DNA of 64,000 nucleotides from the human T2T-CHM13v2.0 reference genome, Homo sapiens. Within the stretch, counting starts at the first letter, position 1, and every line of letters begins with the position of its first letter. The DNA is taken from the NCBI RefSeq assembly GCF_009914755.1, contig NC_060941.1; one strand, 5' to 3'. The notes under the pieces are model-generated. The model was not told the DNA's origin. It saw nothing but the letters and a program-made list of their open reading frames with translations, and made no database searches. Shown here piece after piece: positions 1 through 14,090 of this stretch. Made by a program: the position numbers and the translations under genes.

Positions 1-113
1 CTTCAGGAGGCTGAGGCAGGAGAATTGCTTGAACCCGGGAGGCGGAGGTTCCAGTGAGCCGAGATTGCACCATTGCCTGGGAGACAAGAGTGAAACTCTG
101 TAAAAAAAAAACA
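1..113 (+). mobile_element. Alu right arm (AluS-type), cut by the window edge
   Basis: GGAGGCTGAGGCAGGAGAATTGCTTGAACCCGGGAGG... then A-tail; small internal deletion of CACTCCAG. Confidence 0.95.
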
Positions 114-2619
114 AAACACCGCAGTCCAGATCCACTAGCACCACACACATCCCTCCCCAGAGCCCGTGCCATAGCCCTTGACATCAGAGCTGGGGGTCAG
201 AGCAGCACTGAATAAAATCCCTCACTGTTGGTCCATGGCTTCTGACAAGCTAGTTCTCTATTGCCATTCACCCACTGGGGGGCAAGGCTGCTGGGCCAGA
301 TGTGGAGAAGATGCTGAAACCCTGAGTCAACAGTCAGCTCACCTGAGACACTGGCTGCTTAGGCAGAGGAAGACCTGACCTTGGCTCCTATGGGGCTGCC
401 AGCCAGCATCAGTTCAGGCTGCATAGAAGCCCCTTACCTGACTGACCAGGCAGGCCAGGAAGAATCCCCTTTCCCTTGCATTCTCAGAAGGCGCCCCCGC
501 CACCAACCCCATGTCTTCATGTCACTTGACCCTGGCTGCTGCCTTCCTAGCAGTCAGGAGGCTCTGGAAGATGGAGGAGTGGAAGGAGGCGTGGGAAGGT
601 GGAGGGCTGGAGGGACGGCAGGACCTGGAGAGGACCCTTCTAACAGTTCAACTTGGCCCTGTTCCACGGGGCAGGCTGCCCGCACTTGGGGCTCCATCTG
701 TGGCCTGTTCCCATGCAACCTTGGCCTTCTCCCCGCAGGCAAATCAGGGCATGTCCAGAAACGATTACAATCAGCCGCACTACCCTGAGAGCTGCCCCAG
801 AGCCCAGCCAGGGCAGAAAACACTCTGTTCTTCCATTTTATGAATGAGCAAAGCCGTATGCTTTCTATAAATGTCTGCGTAAATCATCGGTGTGCATTCC
901 CCTCTTGGCACAAGAAAAACCCAATCCAGACTGCACAGGCAGCTTCTTCTCCAGGAGGGAGGCCCAGGGGCCGTTCTCTCCATTTCTTCTGGGCTCTAGG
1001 GAGCTGCCTCCTGGGCTGGTCTCTGGTTCTGCAGAGAAAGCTCTTGCTCAGACAATGATTCGGCCCCAAAGGGGCAACAGCTCACCTTTCCAGGGGCCTC
1101 CTGGGCTGAGCTCCAGGTGAGGCCCAGCCAGACCTGCTGGGGTTCAGGGGATGTTTTGTAAGCCATCCTCCTGGGAGCTCCAACTCTCCCAGGCCCACAG
1201 CCCTACCCTGCCCATCACAGCCTGCACGGCCATTGGAAAGGTCTCTGTGCCACTGGCATTTTATGTAAAAGCTCCATGTCCACTTAACTAATAAGTAATC
1301 ATTAATATTACCCCTGGCCCATGTAACCAACTGTTAAACTGACACTAATGAAGTGAGTCGTGGGCACCATGACCAACATTAAAGCCAAGTCTGAACTGTT
1401 CACTTAAATGACTCAGGCTGATTTATACATCGTGCCTTGCATTTAACCAGAATGGTGGGTATTTTATATCAAAATGCACAGACATTCCCTCCATCCTGGC
1501 TTTATTCTTTCTGACTACCTCCCAGCCCCAACTGGATCAGACCAGACCAAACCAGATGGTCCCAGCCTTAATTATCTGGATCACAGTGTTACCTTCTTGG
1601 TGAAAATGCATTCCCAAAAACCGGGAAATGGATGGAAAATCTGGCGTTCAAAATAATGTATTAATGAGCACGTTTGACTTTGACTTTGGAGTTGGCTGAA
1701 ATGAGCATGCTATGAAATTTGGCTAATTCAAATGGGTTGAGTCCTCATTTTATGAATGAGCAATGCTGGGGAGGAAGGAGAGCAAGCCGGGGAGGAAGAC
1801 AACTCCATGTTGGGAGGACCCATCTCTGCAGGTGCGGCTTACCAGCCTCACTCCAAGGCTGGTTTCTAAGAGGCAGGAGAAAGTCACAACCCAGGAGATT
1901 CGAGTTAGGGAAATTCTGCTGAGGACACCCACTCCTGCTTCTGCCCTTACCTTCTTCCCAAGCATGCTGGGGTTGGGGGTGTCCCTTTTAATTTAGAGGT
2001 TAGTGACACATGCATCTCATAGGACATTATACTTGTGCCAGCTAGCCTGCCTTCCTCGTGGACCCACCCCTAGCTTCAGGGACACCAGAGGCAGCCACTT
2101 GCCTCCATCATCTACCCAGGAATCACGCACAGGATTGGGAGTGGGCAGCACCTAGGAGGAGCGAAGCTGCAAGGAGCCCTGAGTGGGGCCAGGTGGGCCA
2201 GGCCGGGAGACCGGGTGGCCGTAAGAACCCCAGGGCTCCTCTGGGACAGCAGGGCATGGGTGTTTGGGGTTGGGCAGATGTTGGGGCATTTCCCTTCTAA
2301 AGACCTTGGAAACTGGTGCTTCCACAGCCAACATTGAGAGTTTGGGGTGGGAGAATTCCGGGTCTGCAGATAGCACCTGCTCCCTTTAACCCCTTGCAGA
2401 AGGACAGAGGGGCCAATAGAGAGGGGCAGGTAAGGAGCCACCTGGACAATGGCTGCATCGAGGCCGCCTGGGATAAAAGTTAGATCTTACCCTGCAATCC
2501 TGGTAGACGCACCAGGATACCCTCTCGCCATGTGGCACCATGGACTGACTTGGAGCAGGTTAACTTCACTGCTTGATTTTTTATTTTTTTTCAGTTCACT
2601 GTTTGGCTTTGATTCCTAG

Positions 2620-2800
2620 ATCCCTTATAGCTGTGTGACCCTGGCCAGGTTACCTAACCTCTCTGACCTTCACTTTCCACAACCATGCAATGGTCATGAG
2701 AACAACCACACCATTCATGAGAAAGGGTTAAGTAAGATATTGCATAGAAAGCCCTTTGCACAGCACCCGTGGTAAGTGCTCCTAAAAGATGGCTATTGTC
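2620..2800 (+). mobile_element. MIR SINE
   Basis: AGCTGTGTGACCCTGGCCAGGTTACCTAACCTCTCTG core; 3' GTAAGTGCTC...GGCTATT. Confidence 0.8.
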
Positions 2801-3684
2801 ATCTTCGTTATTCTTCCCTTCAGCTGTCTAACCTCTGTGCCTGTGGACAGGAGGTTCTAGTCTCCCCGCTTTCCCACTCATCAGCCTCACATCCTCCTGT
2901 TTACTCTCAGGAGAGTTGGTGGCAGGTCTGAGAGCTGTCGGTTGCAAGCCCAGCGATCTCAGCAGAGCCAGCTCTCAGCAAGTCCATTTCCACCTGAACT
3001 GCCAAGGTGTGCAGTCCCAGGCCAGGCCTGCGGGCTGTCACGTTTAGCATTTGGTTCTCTTTCCCTCTACTCCTTGCCTCGCCTGCCCCTAAGGACGCTC
3101 TCAGCCACCCTGCTGCCTCTGTCAGGCCCTAACTCGTTCGGCCGGCTTGCCTTGGTACCGGGGCTTATCCAAACATCTTCATCGCTTTTCATAAATTCAA
3201 TCCCTCCTTATCAGCCGCACCATCAGGAGGAAGGGCAGGAGGGGCTTGTGACTGAAGTGTGGGGAAGAGAAGCTTTAATTAGCCTCCTTGCTTCGCGGGA
3301 TCACCCGCAGTTCAACCGCCCTGCCTCCGCATGCTCCCAATCACGTAGTGGGAAGCCAGCCCTGCCGCGATCTCGCCACGCTGCACACAGCCTGCATGGC
3401 TGGCCTCTGCTCCCCGTGTCCAGGGATGGGTTCCTGCCCCTGGCTGTGTGCTGGGCAGGAGTCCTGCAAATTGGAAAGGAAAATCAGCCAGCACCATCCC
3501 TTAGAACATCAGTTTTGAGACAGCCGCTTTGCCCCCATCTCCCAACTCACAGTACAATACTGCTGCAGCAAAACCCCAACCTTGGTTCCATGAGCAAACT
3601 CACTTTGCAGAGAGTGCCAAGCCTCTCTGTCAGAATGCAAAGTGCTTTTGCCAGTCCTCAAAAATGGCCTCCGTGATAACGAGG

Positions 3685-3890
3685 TTAAAAGAGCACTGGG
3701 CTTCAAGTCGAGCTTACCGACATTCTGAATTCTGCTGCCTTTTAGTTGTGCAGCCTTGGAAAAGTTTCCTCATCCTCAAAAATAACAGAGCATGGATGAG
3801 AGTACCTATCCTTCCTACCTTCCAATGCTGTGAGCCCTAAGCAGGAACATATGCAAATATACTTCCCAGTGTGCCAAATTCTAAATAAAT
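3685..3890 (+). mobile_element. MIR SINE (diverged)
   Basis: AAAAGAGCACTGGGCTT...AGTTTCCTCATC...AGTACCTA...AAATAAATG. Confidence 0.65.
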
Positions 3891-5618
3891 GACACGTATT
3901 CCTAGCCGTCCAGCCCACTAGGCGTGTGGCAACATCTTGCCCAAAATATCAGGCTCAGAGACCGATTCTTTCCACACTTGTTTATTCACTTAACTCGGCC
4001 ACTGCCCTGAAGCCCAATTTCTTCCATGAAGACCTTAACCTGAATCCCCAGCACCTTGCTGCTAGGATTTAAAAGCTGGGGCTAATTTTTCCTGGTATAA
4101 GGACATTGTCCCCAACTCCACCCCCATCTATCACTGGTTGCTTACTCTTCCTGAACATTCAACCACTCGGTGAGGGTTGTACGGGAAGCCAAACACAGCC
4201 CTTCCCAGATCCCTGCCTTGTACTTTACATCAGCTTCAAATTCCCTAGATAATCAAATAGCCAAATTCATTTGATAACAGCATTTCTTTGCAAGCATGCT
4301 TCTCAGTGCCAAGCCTCATACTAGCGCCTAGGAGAAGTCCTTGGCTGTTTCTGGGCTGCCCAGAGGGGCAATAAACAGTGAGACCCTAGGGTTTACTCTC
4401 CGACTAGGACTGTCTTGGGCAAATGACTATGGATTTCTTAGATCTTTGGGGAGAAGGCAGAGGCAATTTCACAGATAGAATCCAAAGAGTGGATGCTCAA
4501 AGGTGCTGAATGAATGAATTCTTTAGTCATCATGTTCTCTGGGAGAAACGGAAACTCTCATCCTCCGATTTGGTTCATAAACGGACCCATCGGAGAGGAG
4601 CCCCTCACCCAGTGCTCAGCCTAGTGCTGACCCATTAACATGCAATGAGTGTTAGACCAGAGGAGACAGATCGAAGAGAAAGAGACACAGTCTTAGATTC
4701 CCCAAGAGGTCCCAGCCCACGCACTCATGATTATGATTATAGCTGGCATGTATGCGTTATCCAGGCCTTCCGAGCACATTCTCATGCATTTTCTCTTTTG
4801 ATCTGAGGCAGATAACGCAGATGGGAGCATGCGCCTGGAAGGCCACCCTGCTGCACAGCACACTGACTGAGCAAGAACAAAGACCGTAAATGAAGAAGGA
4901 TGTTTGCATTCTGCTCCTCGCTTGCCTGAAAACAGGAAACTTTGGAGACCTGTTCTGGCAAGGTTTCCACCTCTTCCTCACCCCAAAGGTGAATAGCCTA
5001 AGAGGTCTTATTTTTATTACTTTTTTTTAAGAGGACAAATCCTTTCCAAAGCACTTTTCTTTTTCCTTTCGTTTTGCTGCGGTGATAGGGAACTGTGTGT
5101 GTTCTGATGGTTCAATGGGGAAATGAGGATCGATCATGAGTGATTTTCCCGAAATGCAACCTGTGCAGATCTTGCCTTCCTCAAGCACCTGCGAGGAGAA
5201 GTCGTCACTAGTGGGGAATTCCAGCAGGTGACCCAATCGAGACAGCTGGGCAGGCTCCTGGAGCTGATGGCTTGGGAAGGAGGGAGTCAGAAGTGGCAGG
5301 CCCATGGAGGTATGCCTGTCCGCGGATGACCGGGATCACAAAACAATGACACTGACTTGTCGTGGGGATGGTATGAACAGACATGAGGAAGGATTGGAGA
5401 AGATCTCTGTTGCTGACAGAGGACAGGGACCAGTCAGCTAGGAAACCCAGAGGCCAGATATGTCTGAGCGTAGGAGCAGGAGCAGTGAGGTATCTCTGGA
5501 AGCAGCAGGCAGGACCTGGGCTGGAATGGCTTTGTGAGATTCTATTCTGCAGCCTCGGCAGCCTGAGTCTTACAGCCCCAATTCTTAAAGTTGAAACAAG
5601 TGCAAGGTACTAAATCTC

Positions 5619-6100
5619 TGTATCAGTCAGGGTCCTCCAGAGAATCAGAACTAATAGTAGATGATAGATGATAGATAGATGATAGATACATAGATAGATA
5701 CATAGATACATAGATAGATACATAGATACATAGATAGATACATAGATAGACAGATAGATGATAGATAGACAGATAATCTATTTTAATAAATTAGCTCAAG
5801 CAATTGTAGGCACTGGGAGGTCTGAAATCTGGAGGGCAGGCCAATAGGGTGGCAATTGTGGATGTTGCAATCTTGAGGTCAAAATCTGTAGGGCAAGCTG
5901 GCAGGCTGGAAACCCAGCCAGGAGTTGATGGTATACTCTTGAGGAGAATTTCTTCTTCCCTAGAAAACCTCAGATTTTGCTTTTAGGGCCTTCAACTCAT
6001 TGGATGAAGCCCACCCTTATTCCCAAGGATAATCTCCTTTACTCAAGGTCAACTGATTGTTGATGTTAATGACATCCACAAAATGTCTTCACAGCAACGG
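5619..6100 (-). mobile_element. MLT2-family (ERVL) LTR, truncated
   Basis: Starts TGTATCAGTCAGGGTCCTCCAGAGAATCAGAAC (reverse of the MLT2 3' end); internal TAGA tract typical of MLT2. Confidence 0.8.
5659..5775. repeat. Compound (TAGA/TACA)n tetranucleotide microsatellite
   Basis: TAGATGATAGAT...TAGATACATAGA array. Confidence 0.97.
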
Positions 6101-6146
6101 GATTGCTTCACAGTAATGGGATTGCTGGGTCAAATGGTAATTATCC

Positions 6147-6381
6147 TTATGATTTTCTTAATACCATTGTCTTTTCTCTACCTTACTTTATTGTAGTAAT
6201 ACAGTATATAGTACATATAACATACAAAGTATGTGTTAAAATAATGTCTATGTCACTGGTAAGTCTTCCAGTCAATACAAGTCTATTAGTTAGGTTTCAG
6301 GGGAGTCAAAAGTTATACACAGGTTTTCAACTACCTGGTGGCTCAACACCCCTAACTCCTACATTGTTCAAGAGTCAACTA
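6147..6381 (+). mobile_element. Tigger2/MER28-like DNA transposon end fragment
   Basis: GGGGAGTCAAAAGTTATAC...CCCCTAACTCCTACATTGTTCAAGAGTCAACT, resembling the Tigger2 terminus. Confidence 0.75.
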
Positions 6382-6414
6382 TATGTAGAAGTTGAACCAG
6401 AGGCTATCCACTTG

Positions 6415-7140
6415 TAGCAAATGGTTACATCACTTATCACATATGCTATGTGATATCACACATGCTATGGAATATCATACTGCAGTTACAAAAGAATAAG
6501 GTATCCATATACACTGATGGGGAAATGGCAGAACTATGCATATACTACGTCTTAGTCTGTTCATCCCACTACAACAAAATATCATAGCCTGAGTGGCTTA
6601 TATATGACAGAAATTTACTTCTCACAGTTCTGGAAGTTGGAGGTTCAAGGTCAGAGCACCAGCCTGGTTGGGTTCTGGTGAGGGTCCTTTTCTGGGTTGC
6701 AGACTGCTGACCCCTTGTGATGTGCTCACATGGCAAAAGGGGGAAATAGCTTCCTGAGGCTTCTTTTATAAGGGCACTAATCCCATATACAAGGGTGTCA
6801 TCCTGATGACCTAATCACCTCCCAAAGGCCCTACCCCCAGTACATCACCTTGGGGTTAGAATTTCAACATATGAATTATGGGAGGACACATCCAGACTAT
6901 AGCATACTATAAGCCAAACCTTTAAGCTCTATCTTCACTTGTGTGTTTGTGTGCACTGTGTGTATGTGTGTCCCGAAAGAAGACCAGAATAAAGTATACA
7001 AGGCTGTTCTAGTGGTTACCCAGAGGAGGAAAGTGAGATGGGTGGTGGGGCAAGAGAGATGGGATTAGTCAACCTATATATACCGATCCTGTTGTTTCTA
7101 ACCAGAATGTAGTCACATGTCATCTATATGATTTTAGATA
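6415..7140 (+). mobile_element. Old L1M 3' fragment, interrupted by MLT1A
   Basis: ATGGAATATCATACTGCAGTTACAAAAGAAT, then after the LTR AGTGGTTACCCAGAGG...; low similarity. Confidence 0.55.
6548..6904 (-). mobile_element. MLT1A-type MaLR solo LTR
   Basis: GTCTTAGTCTGTT...TTTCAACATATGAATT...CAGACTATAGCA; 5-bp TSD TACTA (6543-6547 and 6905-6909). Confidence 0.9.
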
Positions 7141-7538
7141 ACAGTAACAACAACAATAACAATAAACAAAGAAACTGAGTAAACTTAGGCTAGTTCCTGT
7201 CATTATTTCAGAATTGTCCCATCTTCTCTAGTCTCCAAATTCTCCTGGGTGGTGCCTGTCAAAAGTTTAGCTTACTATTAAGGAGTGTGTAAGCAAGATT
7301 GTTAGCAAATACCATCATAATGCTAAAATTTTTCCATTGAACCTTCAGTTATGGTATCATTTAGGGTCCTGGCAGGAAATAAATGACACACTCAAGTTAG
7401 GTGATTCTGAGGTGAGTTAGTAAAGGGGTTATCGTACAAGGTGTGTCATGCAGGACAGTGCCACCCATAGGGCTCCACTACTGCCCTCGAGGGAGCAGCT
7501 GCAAGTGACCACACAGGGGGATAGAATGGGGAGGGGAC

Positions 7539-8375
<837 letters not shown>

Positions 8376-10052
8376 ATGAACACCGCAGCCTCACTCTCCT
8401 CACTCTCTCCCATCTCCCACCAAAGTTCACCATTTTCCAAAACCAACCAGAAGCCCTAGGGGGCAGGGAGAGTGTTGATGCAGTTCATACAGGTTAGCCT
8501 CCTGGAGCACAGAGCAGGGTAGGGCAGAGTAGAGAGGGGCAAGCAGGGAAATCCACACTCACAGCAGCCATTCTAATGAGAAAAACCATGAACAATCACA
8601 GCTAGATTTTTGGCTGAAACATTACGCTCCCATTTGGCTATGCGTATGTATTTTGTCTGCGCTCCACTTCATCTCAAACTGGTTTTGTGCTCTTGGGCAC
8701 CCTCCCACTCCAGTCCTGGGCCCCTAATTTTTTGATCCATAGGATGAGGGTACTGGGTGAATCCAATTATTTCCGAGATTCTTTCCAGCTCTAATGGCCA
8801 TAACTCTCGAGTCTAGCCCTCTACCTGAGCCTTGAGCCTTTCTATGGTTGGAAACTGCTGGTGACAGGTCATGAGTCTGCAGGGGTCTTTGTGCAGATCC
8901 TGCCTCTTCTACTTGGCACAAAGAAGGCAAAACAGGTCTGCAAAAGTGGGCCAGTTCTTAACACTGTCTGTGCCTGGGCTCCCCACTGGAAGAACCCAAG
9001 GAAAATAAGTAAAATCTACCCTGTTGAACTGACAGGCGGTATTGCTGATTCATCATCACCAGACAAGAGGCAGGTAAGTGGGGAAATGTAGTAACAGAGC
9101 TTTTTTTTTTTCTTTTTTTTTTTAACCTATTTCAGTGCCCTGTTTTCTCCTCTATGCCCTGCTCAGCTACAACTCTGTGAATCAGGATAAAGATAGTTCA
9201 ATTTCCAGAAGTGTTGCCAACAGCCCCCATTCCTCAACCAAATACTCACATCTGAGAAATGTAATGTGCAATTCACATGCTATTTGCATGCCCTTATCCT
9301 AAACAGGAGAATGACCCATTGTCGTTGGACTCTGCCTTTCCAAGTCGTAAGCTCTGAGGTCTCCTTTCTCTCAAATCTGGCCATGCCCTTGAAATCCCAG
9401 CATGCTTCTGTCCTCAGAGCATAGGGGCTTTTTGTTGTGACCTTGAACCAACAGTGCACAAAATCTGAGAATTTTGAAGAATACAGAACACAACTTTATG
9501 CCAAGAAGAAGCTATAGTTGTGCTCATAAATTCTTCCTCCAAGGCTTAAAGGTCATTCCCTACCATTTTTCTTGCAGACTTTTGGTTTCAATATAAGGTG
9601 GGCCTGCTCAAAGGCAAGAATTTTCCTGGGCATTTTTTTCTCAAGCATTGCAGCTGTACTTAGGTGAGGAGCCATAACAATGGGATGTGGAATAGAGCCA
9701 ATCAGCTGAAGAAATTGATACTGAATAAGGAAATATTTCTTACCAGTGAGAGACTCTCAACAATGAAATCAGTGCCCTAGCAATGCACAGCATTGCAAGA
9801 GATTGAGTCACACCATGTTAGGGTCCATGCCAATATGAAACACCCAATTACCCATCCTTTCAGGTATGAGAGTTAAGAAAGACATGCTAGGAGGGTCTCA
9901 GTGATTCTTCCTCTGCTTTTGGTTGATTTTAGTTTTCAGGGAGCGATTTGGTTGACCTGTGAATTCTTAGCTTTAAATAAATGCTGGGGACCATAGAGAT
10001 GAGAGCTGTTCTTCATCTGTGGACCTCCTAAGAGAAAGGAATAGAATTAACA

Positions 10053-10235
10053 TTAATTGAGAATGAATAGACAGGCCAAGCAGGATTCTAAGGGTTCTAT
10101 AAACATTATTGCATTGAATCATCGCAAATATCATGCCCATTTAAAGATGTGGAAATGGAGGCAAAGGAAATGAAGTGTGTTTATCAGGACCACTAACCTG
10201 TAGGGCTAATACTTAAACCTGGGTCACTCTGACTT
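10053..10235 (-). mobile_element. MIR SINE
   Basis: CCCATTTAAAGATGTGGAAATGGAGGC core in reverse orientation. Confidence 0.65.
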
Positions 10236-10994
10236 TGGTGGCCTTGGAGGCCCGCCCACATCAACACACCACCTAGGTGAGGATTCAGATAAACTGACTT
10301 CAGTCTGGGTTTAATGACTCTTGAGGTCTCAAAATGGCAGTCGTTAGGTTTGTTTCTATTCTGTAGGCTGTGCCGTTCCTCCCAGAGCTGGGTCTGCTTC
10401 CCTGCCCTCCTGACTGCCTGCAAGGAGGTCCAGCCACATTGCAGAGGAAGGACTTGCTTATGGAAAGAAATGGAGAGACCCAGCCTCCCTCACCTCCCAT
10501 TGGTGCCTGATGATTAATACATTTTTTGCTGCCCTTGGAAATGGAAGACAGTGCCAACTGCTTAGTTCTCCTGGCTGGGCCAGCGCAACCTGTATGACAA
10601 GGGGGAAGAGCCTTTAAGTGAGGCAGGAGAGGAGCTGGGCTCTGGGCAGAAAAGCTCCCCAAAGCAAGTGTGCTGGGAGGATGCTTTTTGTATTTTAACC
10701 AATGTTCACCTCTGTCTCCCCCAGCACAATATTTCCTTGCACTGCTTGGTCTTTCCTCGTCTAGTTAGTGAGGCCCTATTGAATTTGCTGCATTAGAGTG
10801 TGGATAACACCCCCAAATCAAAGAAATAGCATAATACACCCTGGTTTTTGAGTTTCAAAGAAGGTTTTTGAAAGGTATTGCAAATACAACAGATTTGGAA
10901 GAACATGTGCTGAGGTCTAGTGAAGCGGCCCTTAGATAAAAGCTGAGAGATTCCGTGTTGGGGGAGCAAAGGGAGCCAGGCTCAAAGCAGAGAG

Positions 10995-11119
10995 TGAGAT
11001 GATATGCCAAGTACTGAGTCAGGGGTACTACTGAGTACTGAGATGATATGCCAGGTACTGAGTCAGGGGTACTGCTGAGTACTGAGATGATATGCCAGGT
11101 ACTGAGTCAGGGGTACTAC
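10995..11119. repeat. 44-bp tandem repeat, ~2.8 copies
   Basis: Unit TGAGATGATATGCCARGTACTGAGTCAGGGGTACTRCTGAGTAC starts at 10995, 11039 and 11083. Confidence 0.97.
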
Positions 11120-12062
11120 CAGGGTGCTCTGAATAAGTAGACAGGCATGTCCTCTGGTTGGGATCAAAAGACTACTCGGCAGTGCCCAGGGTGAATGAAC
11201 GGCTGAGGAACCCATAGCAGCCTGTTGGAGGTCTCAGATGAGCCCAGTGCAGACATGTGATGTAGAGAGCACACTGTCCCACTCCGTAATTGCCAGAGCA
11301 TTGTTAGCCTTCCCTGTTCCCTGAACTTAGAGGCAACACCCATGAAAAGGGTAGGAAGGATCTGAAATGCCCCACTGCAATTGAGTTATCAGATAATATG
11401 AGTTCTATTTCTTGCATTTCTGAGTTTGTAAACTGAGGTTCATGCTGGCTCTCTGAGTCAGGCACCTCCCTGAGACAGATCTCTGCCACCCGCTCCCTCT
11501 CCACACAGTGCATAGAGTTTGCTCCCTCCCCTCCTCACTGCAAGGCTGCTGGGCACCTGCCCCGTGGGTATCTCTGTCACCCAGAAGACTCCTCTACCCC
11601 CCTGCCTACTGCACCCATGCAGGCTTCTGCACAGCCAGACCTGTTCTCTTGGAGTCTTGGACTTTGACCTGCCCCATCAAAGGACAGCAGCCAAGGTGAC
11701 AAGCCCATCCCAGTTCAGATCCTCTGGCAGAGGTAGATACTGAGGCAAGAGACAGGCTAAAGGGAAAGCATAATATCCTCCAACCCCCCATCTCTGGGAA
11801 CACTGTATCTGAGGTTTGTTTGGCCACCCAAGATGCTGGGCTCTGCCAGACCAGATAACCATTCCGGTTTGACAGGCACCCACGGCCCCCTGGTATGCGC
11901 CTTTGACCCACCAGATAGTTCTGTTTTCCTTTTCTTCTGAGATCCCCCGAGCTTCTGTTCCCCCCTTCTCACCTGGCTGGAGAGATGTCACCCAGCTAAC
12001 ATCTTCTAACCCTACAAGAGGCAAGTTACAGGATGCCCCAACATCATGATTTTTTTTTTTAG

Positions 12063-12480
<418 letters not shown>

Positions 12481-12584
12481 TACAATATTTCTATTTCTGA
12501 GTTTGTAAACTCAGAAATCTGAGTTTAGGGCAACCAGGGCAACCAAATTACTCTCTGAAAACTAAAATCAGCTCAGGTTTGATC

Positions 12585-13380
12585 TCCTACCATGCACCAG
12601 GCTCTGCTGTAGGGAATGGGATCAGGCATAAGCAAGATCTACAGGGTTCCTGCTCTCAGGGAGTGTCCATTCCACCCCGGAAGGGTAGACATGGAGATGC
12701 ATGGCTCAGATCCTTCAAAAAGGACTTGCTGCCTGACTGAGAGGAGCTTGACTGGCTGACAGCCACTGCACTGGTGTCTTCGAGGTCCTCGTCAGTTTTC
12801 AGGCTGAGGTCATGCTGTTCTTGAGGCAGCCCTAGCTAATGACTATGCAAGGTGGTGGCACAAGGGCCAACCCATTTCTACCCACATGGGACTTCTCCAA
12901 TGGGCAGTCTCTGCTCCAAAGCTCCTGGAGACTGCCCAGGTTGCCTTCACGTTCTGATGGCTCCCCCTGCCCAATCCAGCTCCCTCCTCTTTTCCCTCAC
13001 AGGTTGCTTATTCCCCCAATAAACCCATAACTCCATCTCTGCATTGGCTTCCTGGAAACCCAACTGGTATGCGGGGGACATACACACCAGCACGAGTGTC
13101 GGTAGTGACACATGCTATGGGAAAAGAACAGAGCCCCTGGACAGAGGCTGACTCACTACTAGAAGAGGGCCGGGTTCGCTAGATGTCAGGTGCACCCAGC
13201 CTCTGAGAAGGGCATGTGTGAGCTGAGACATGAGGAGGAGGAGCCAGCCATATTCAGAGGAGCCGGGAAAGGGCTCCAGGCAGTGTAGGAAGGAAGACTT
13301 GTATTGGAGGTCCATGAAGAAGCAACTGAATAGAGCACAGTGTTGAGAGATGAGAGAGGAAAAGGAGATGAGGCCAACAG
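12585..13380 (-). mobile_element. L2 LINE fragments interrupted by an LTR
   Basis: CCTACCATGCACCAGGCTCTG...CCTGCTCTCAGGGAG, and later GCCTCTGAGAAGGGCATGTGTGAGCTGAGAC. Confidence 0.55.
12700..13070 (+). mobile_element. LTR16-like ERVL LTR
   Basis: 3' signature CCCAATAAAC...CTCCATCTCTGCATTGGCTTCCTGGAAACCCAAC. Confidence 0.6.
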
Positions 13381-13866
13381 GGCCAACAGAGTCTTGGATG
13401 TCCAGTTCTCCTCCAAGTGAACTTCGAGAACAGCAACGTGATCTGTGTGCAGCATGATCCCACAGACAAACCCAAATGTGATGAGGCAATAAAACATGGC
13501 AATAACATGTCATCGCCAGACTACTCACAGCTGATTAGCAAAAGCAGCTAACCTCATCCTGGCTGTGACCTCCATGAGACAGGCTAGGAGCAATGGGCAA
13601 CTCTGGCCACTCGGAAAATCATCTTGGACTGCGAGGGAGTGAAAGGGATGTTGCTATGTTAGTACCTGCTCTGATTTGTTTTTAAAAAGTGAATCACTCC
13701 CAAACCTCAGGGTGTTATTCATAACCCGTCACTTGTTCTCCTGCGTGATGGTGACACATTTGCATGTCATGACAACCTGGATGAGCACTGCTTCCCTGGA
13801 GTAGGGGAGTAGCGGGGGTGGGAATGGGGGGAGGTGGTTGAGATGCCAGAGAGCCTTGCCCTAAAT

Positions 13867-14090
13867 CAGTGGTTCTCAACTGGAGGCGATTTGGTTCCCC
13901 AGGGGTATTTGGCAACGTCTGAGGACATTTTTAGTTTTTACACTTGTGAGGCTGGGAATGCTACTGGCATCTAGTGGGTAGAGGTCAAGGGCACGGCTAA
14001 ACATCCTACAGTGCACAGAACAACCCCTGCCCACAAAGAGTGATTCAGCTCCAAACGTCAACAGTGCTGCAATGAGCTTGAGAAACCCTG
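13867..14090 (+). mobile_element. MER20 (hAT-Charlie), full length
   Basis: CAGTGGTTCTCAAC ... TTGAGAAACCCTG; perfect 8-bp TSD CCCTAAAT (13859-13866 and 14091-14098). Confidence 0.95.

Noticed and set aside
272-285. CTCF-like motifs (also 25764-25777)
   Set aside because: Each misses key consensus positions, and one lies in a MIR; not supportable without ChIP data.
2942-3676. Longest ORF (244 aa)
   Set aside because: Non-ATG (TTG) start, S/P/L-rich low-information composition, no recognisable domain or exon structure; consistent with a chance frame in GC-rich DNA.
10995-11119. CRISPR-like array
   Set aside because: Units are contiguous, with no unique spacers or cas genes, in a eukaryotic context.
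13803-13835. G-quadruplex motifs (also ~30232-30260 and ~47820-47852)
   Set aside because: Real G-run patterns but common at this density in human DNA; nothing links them to function.
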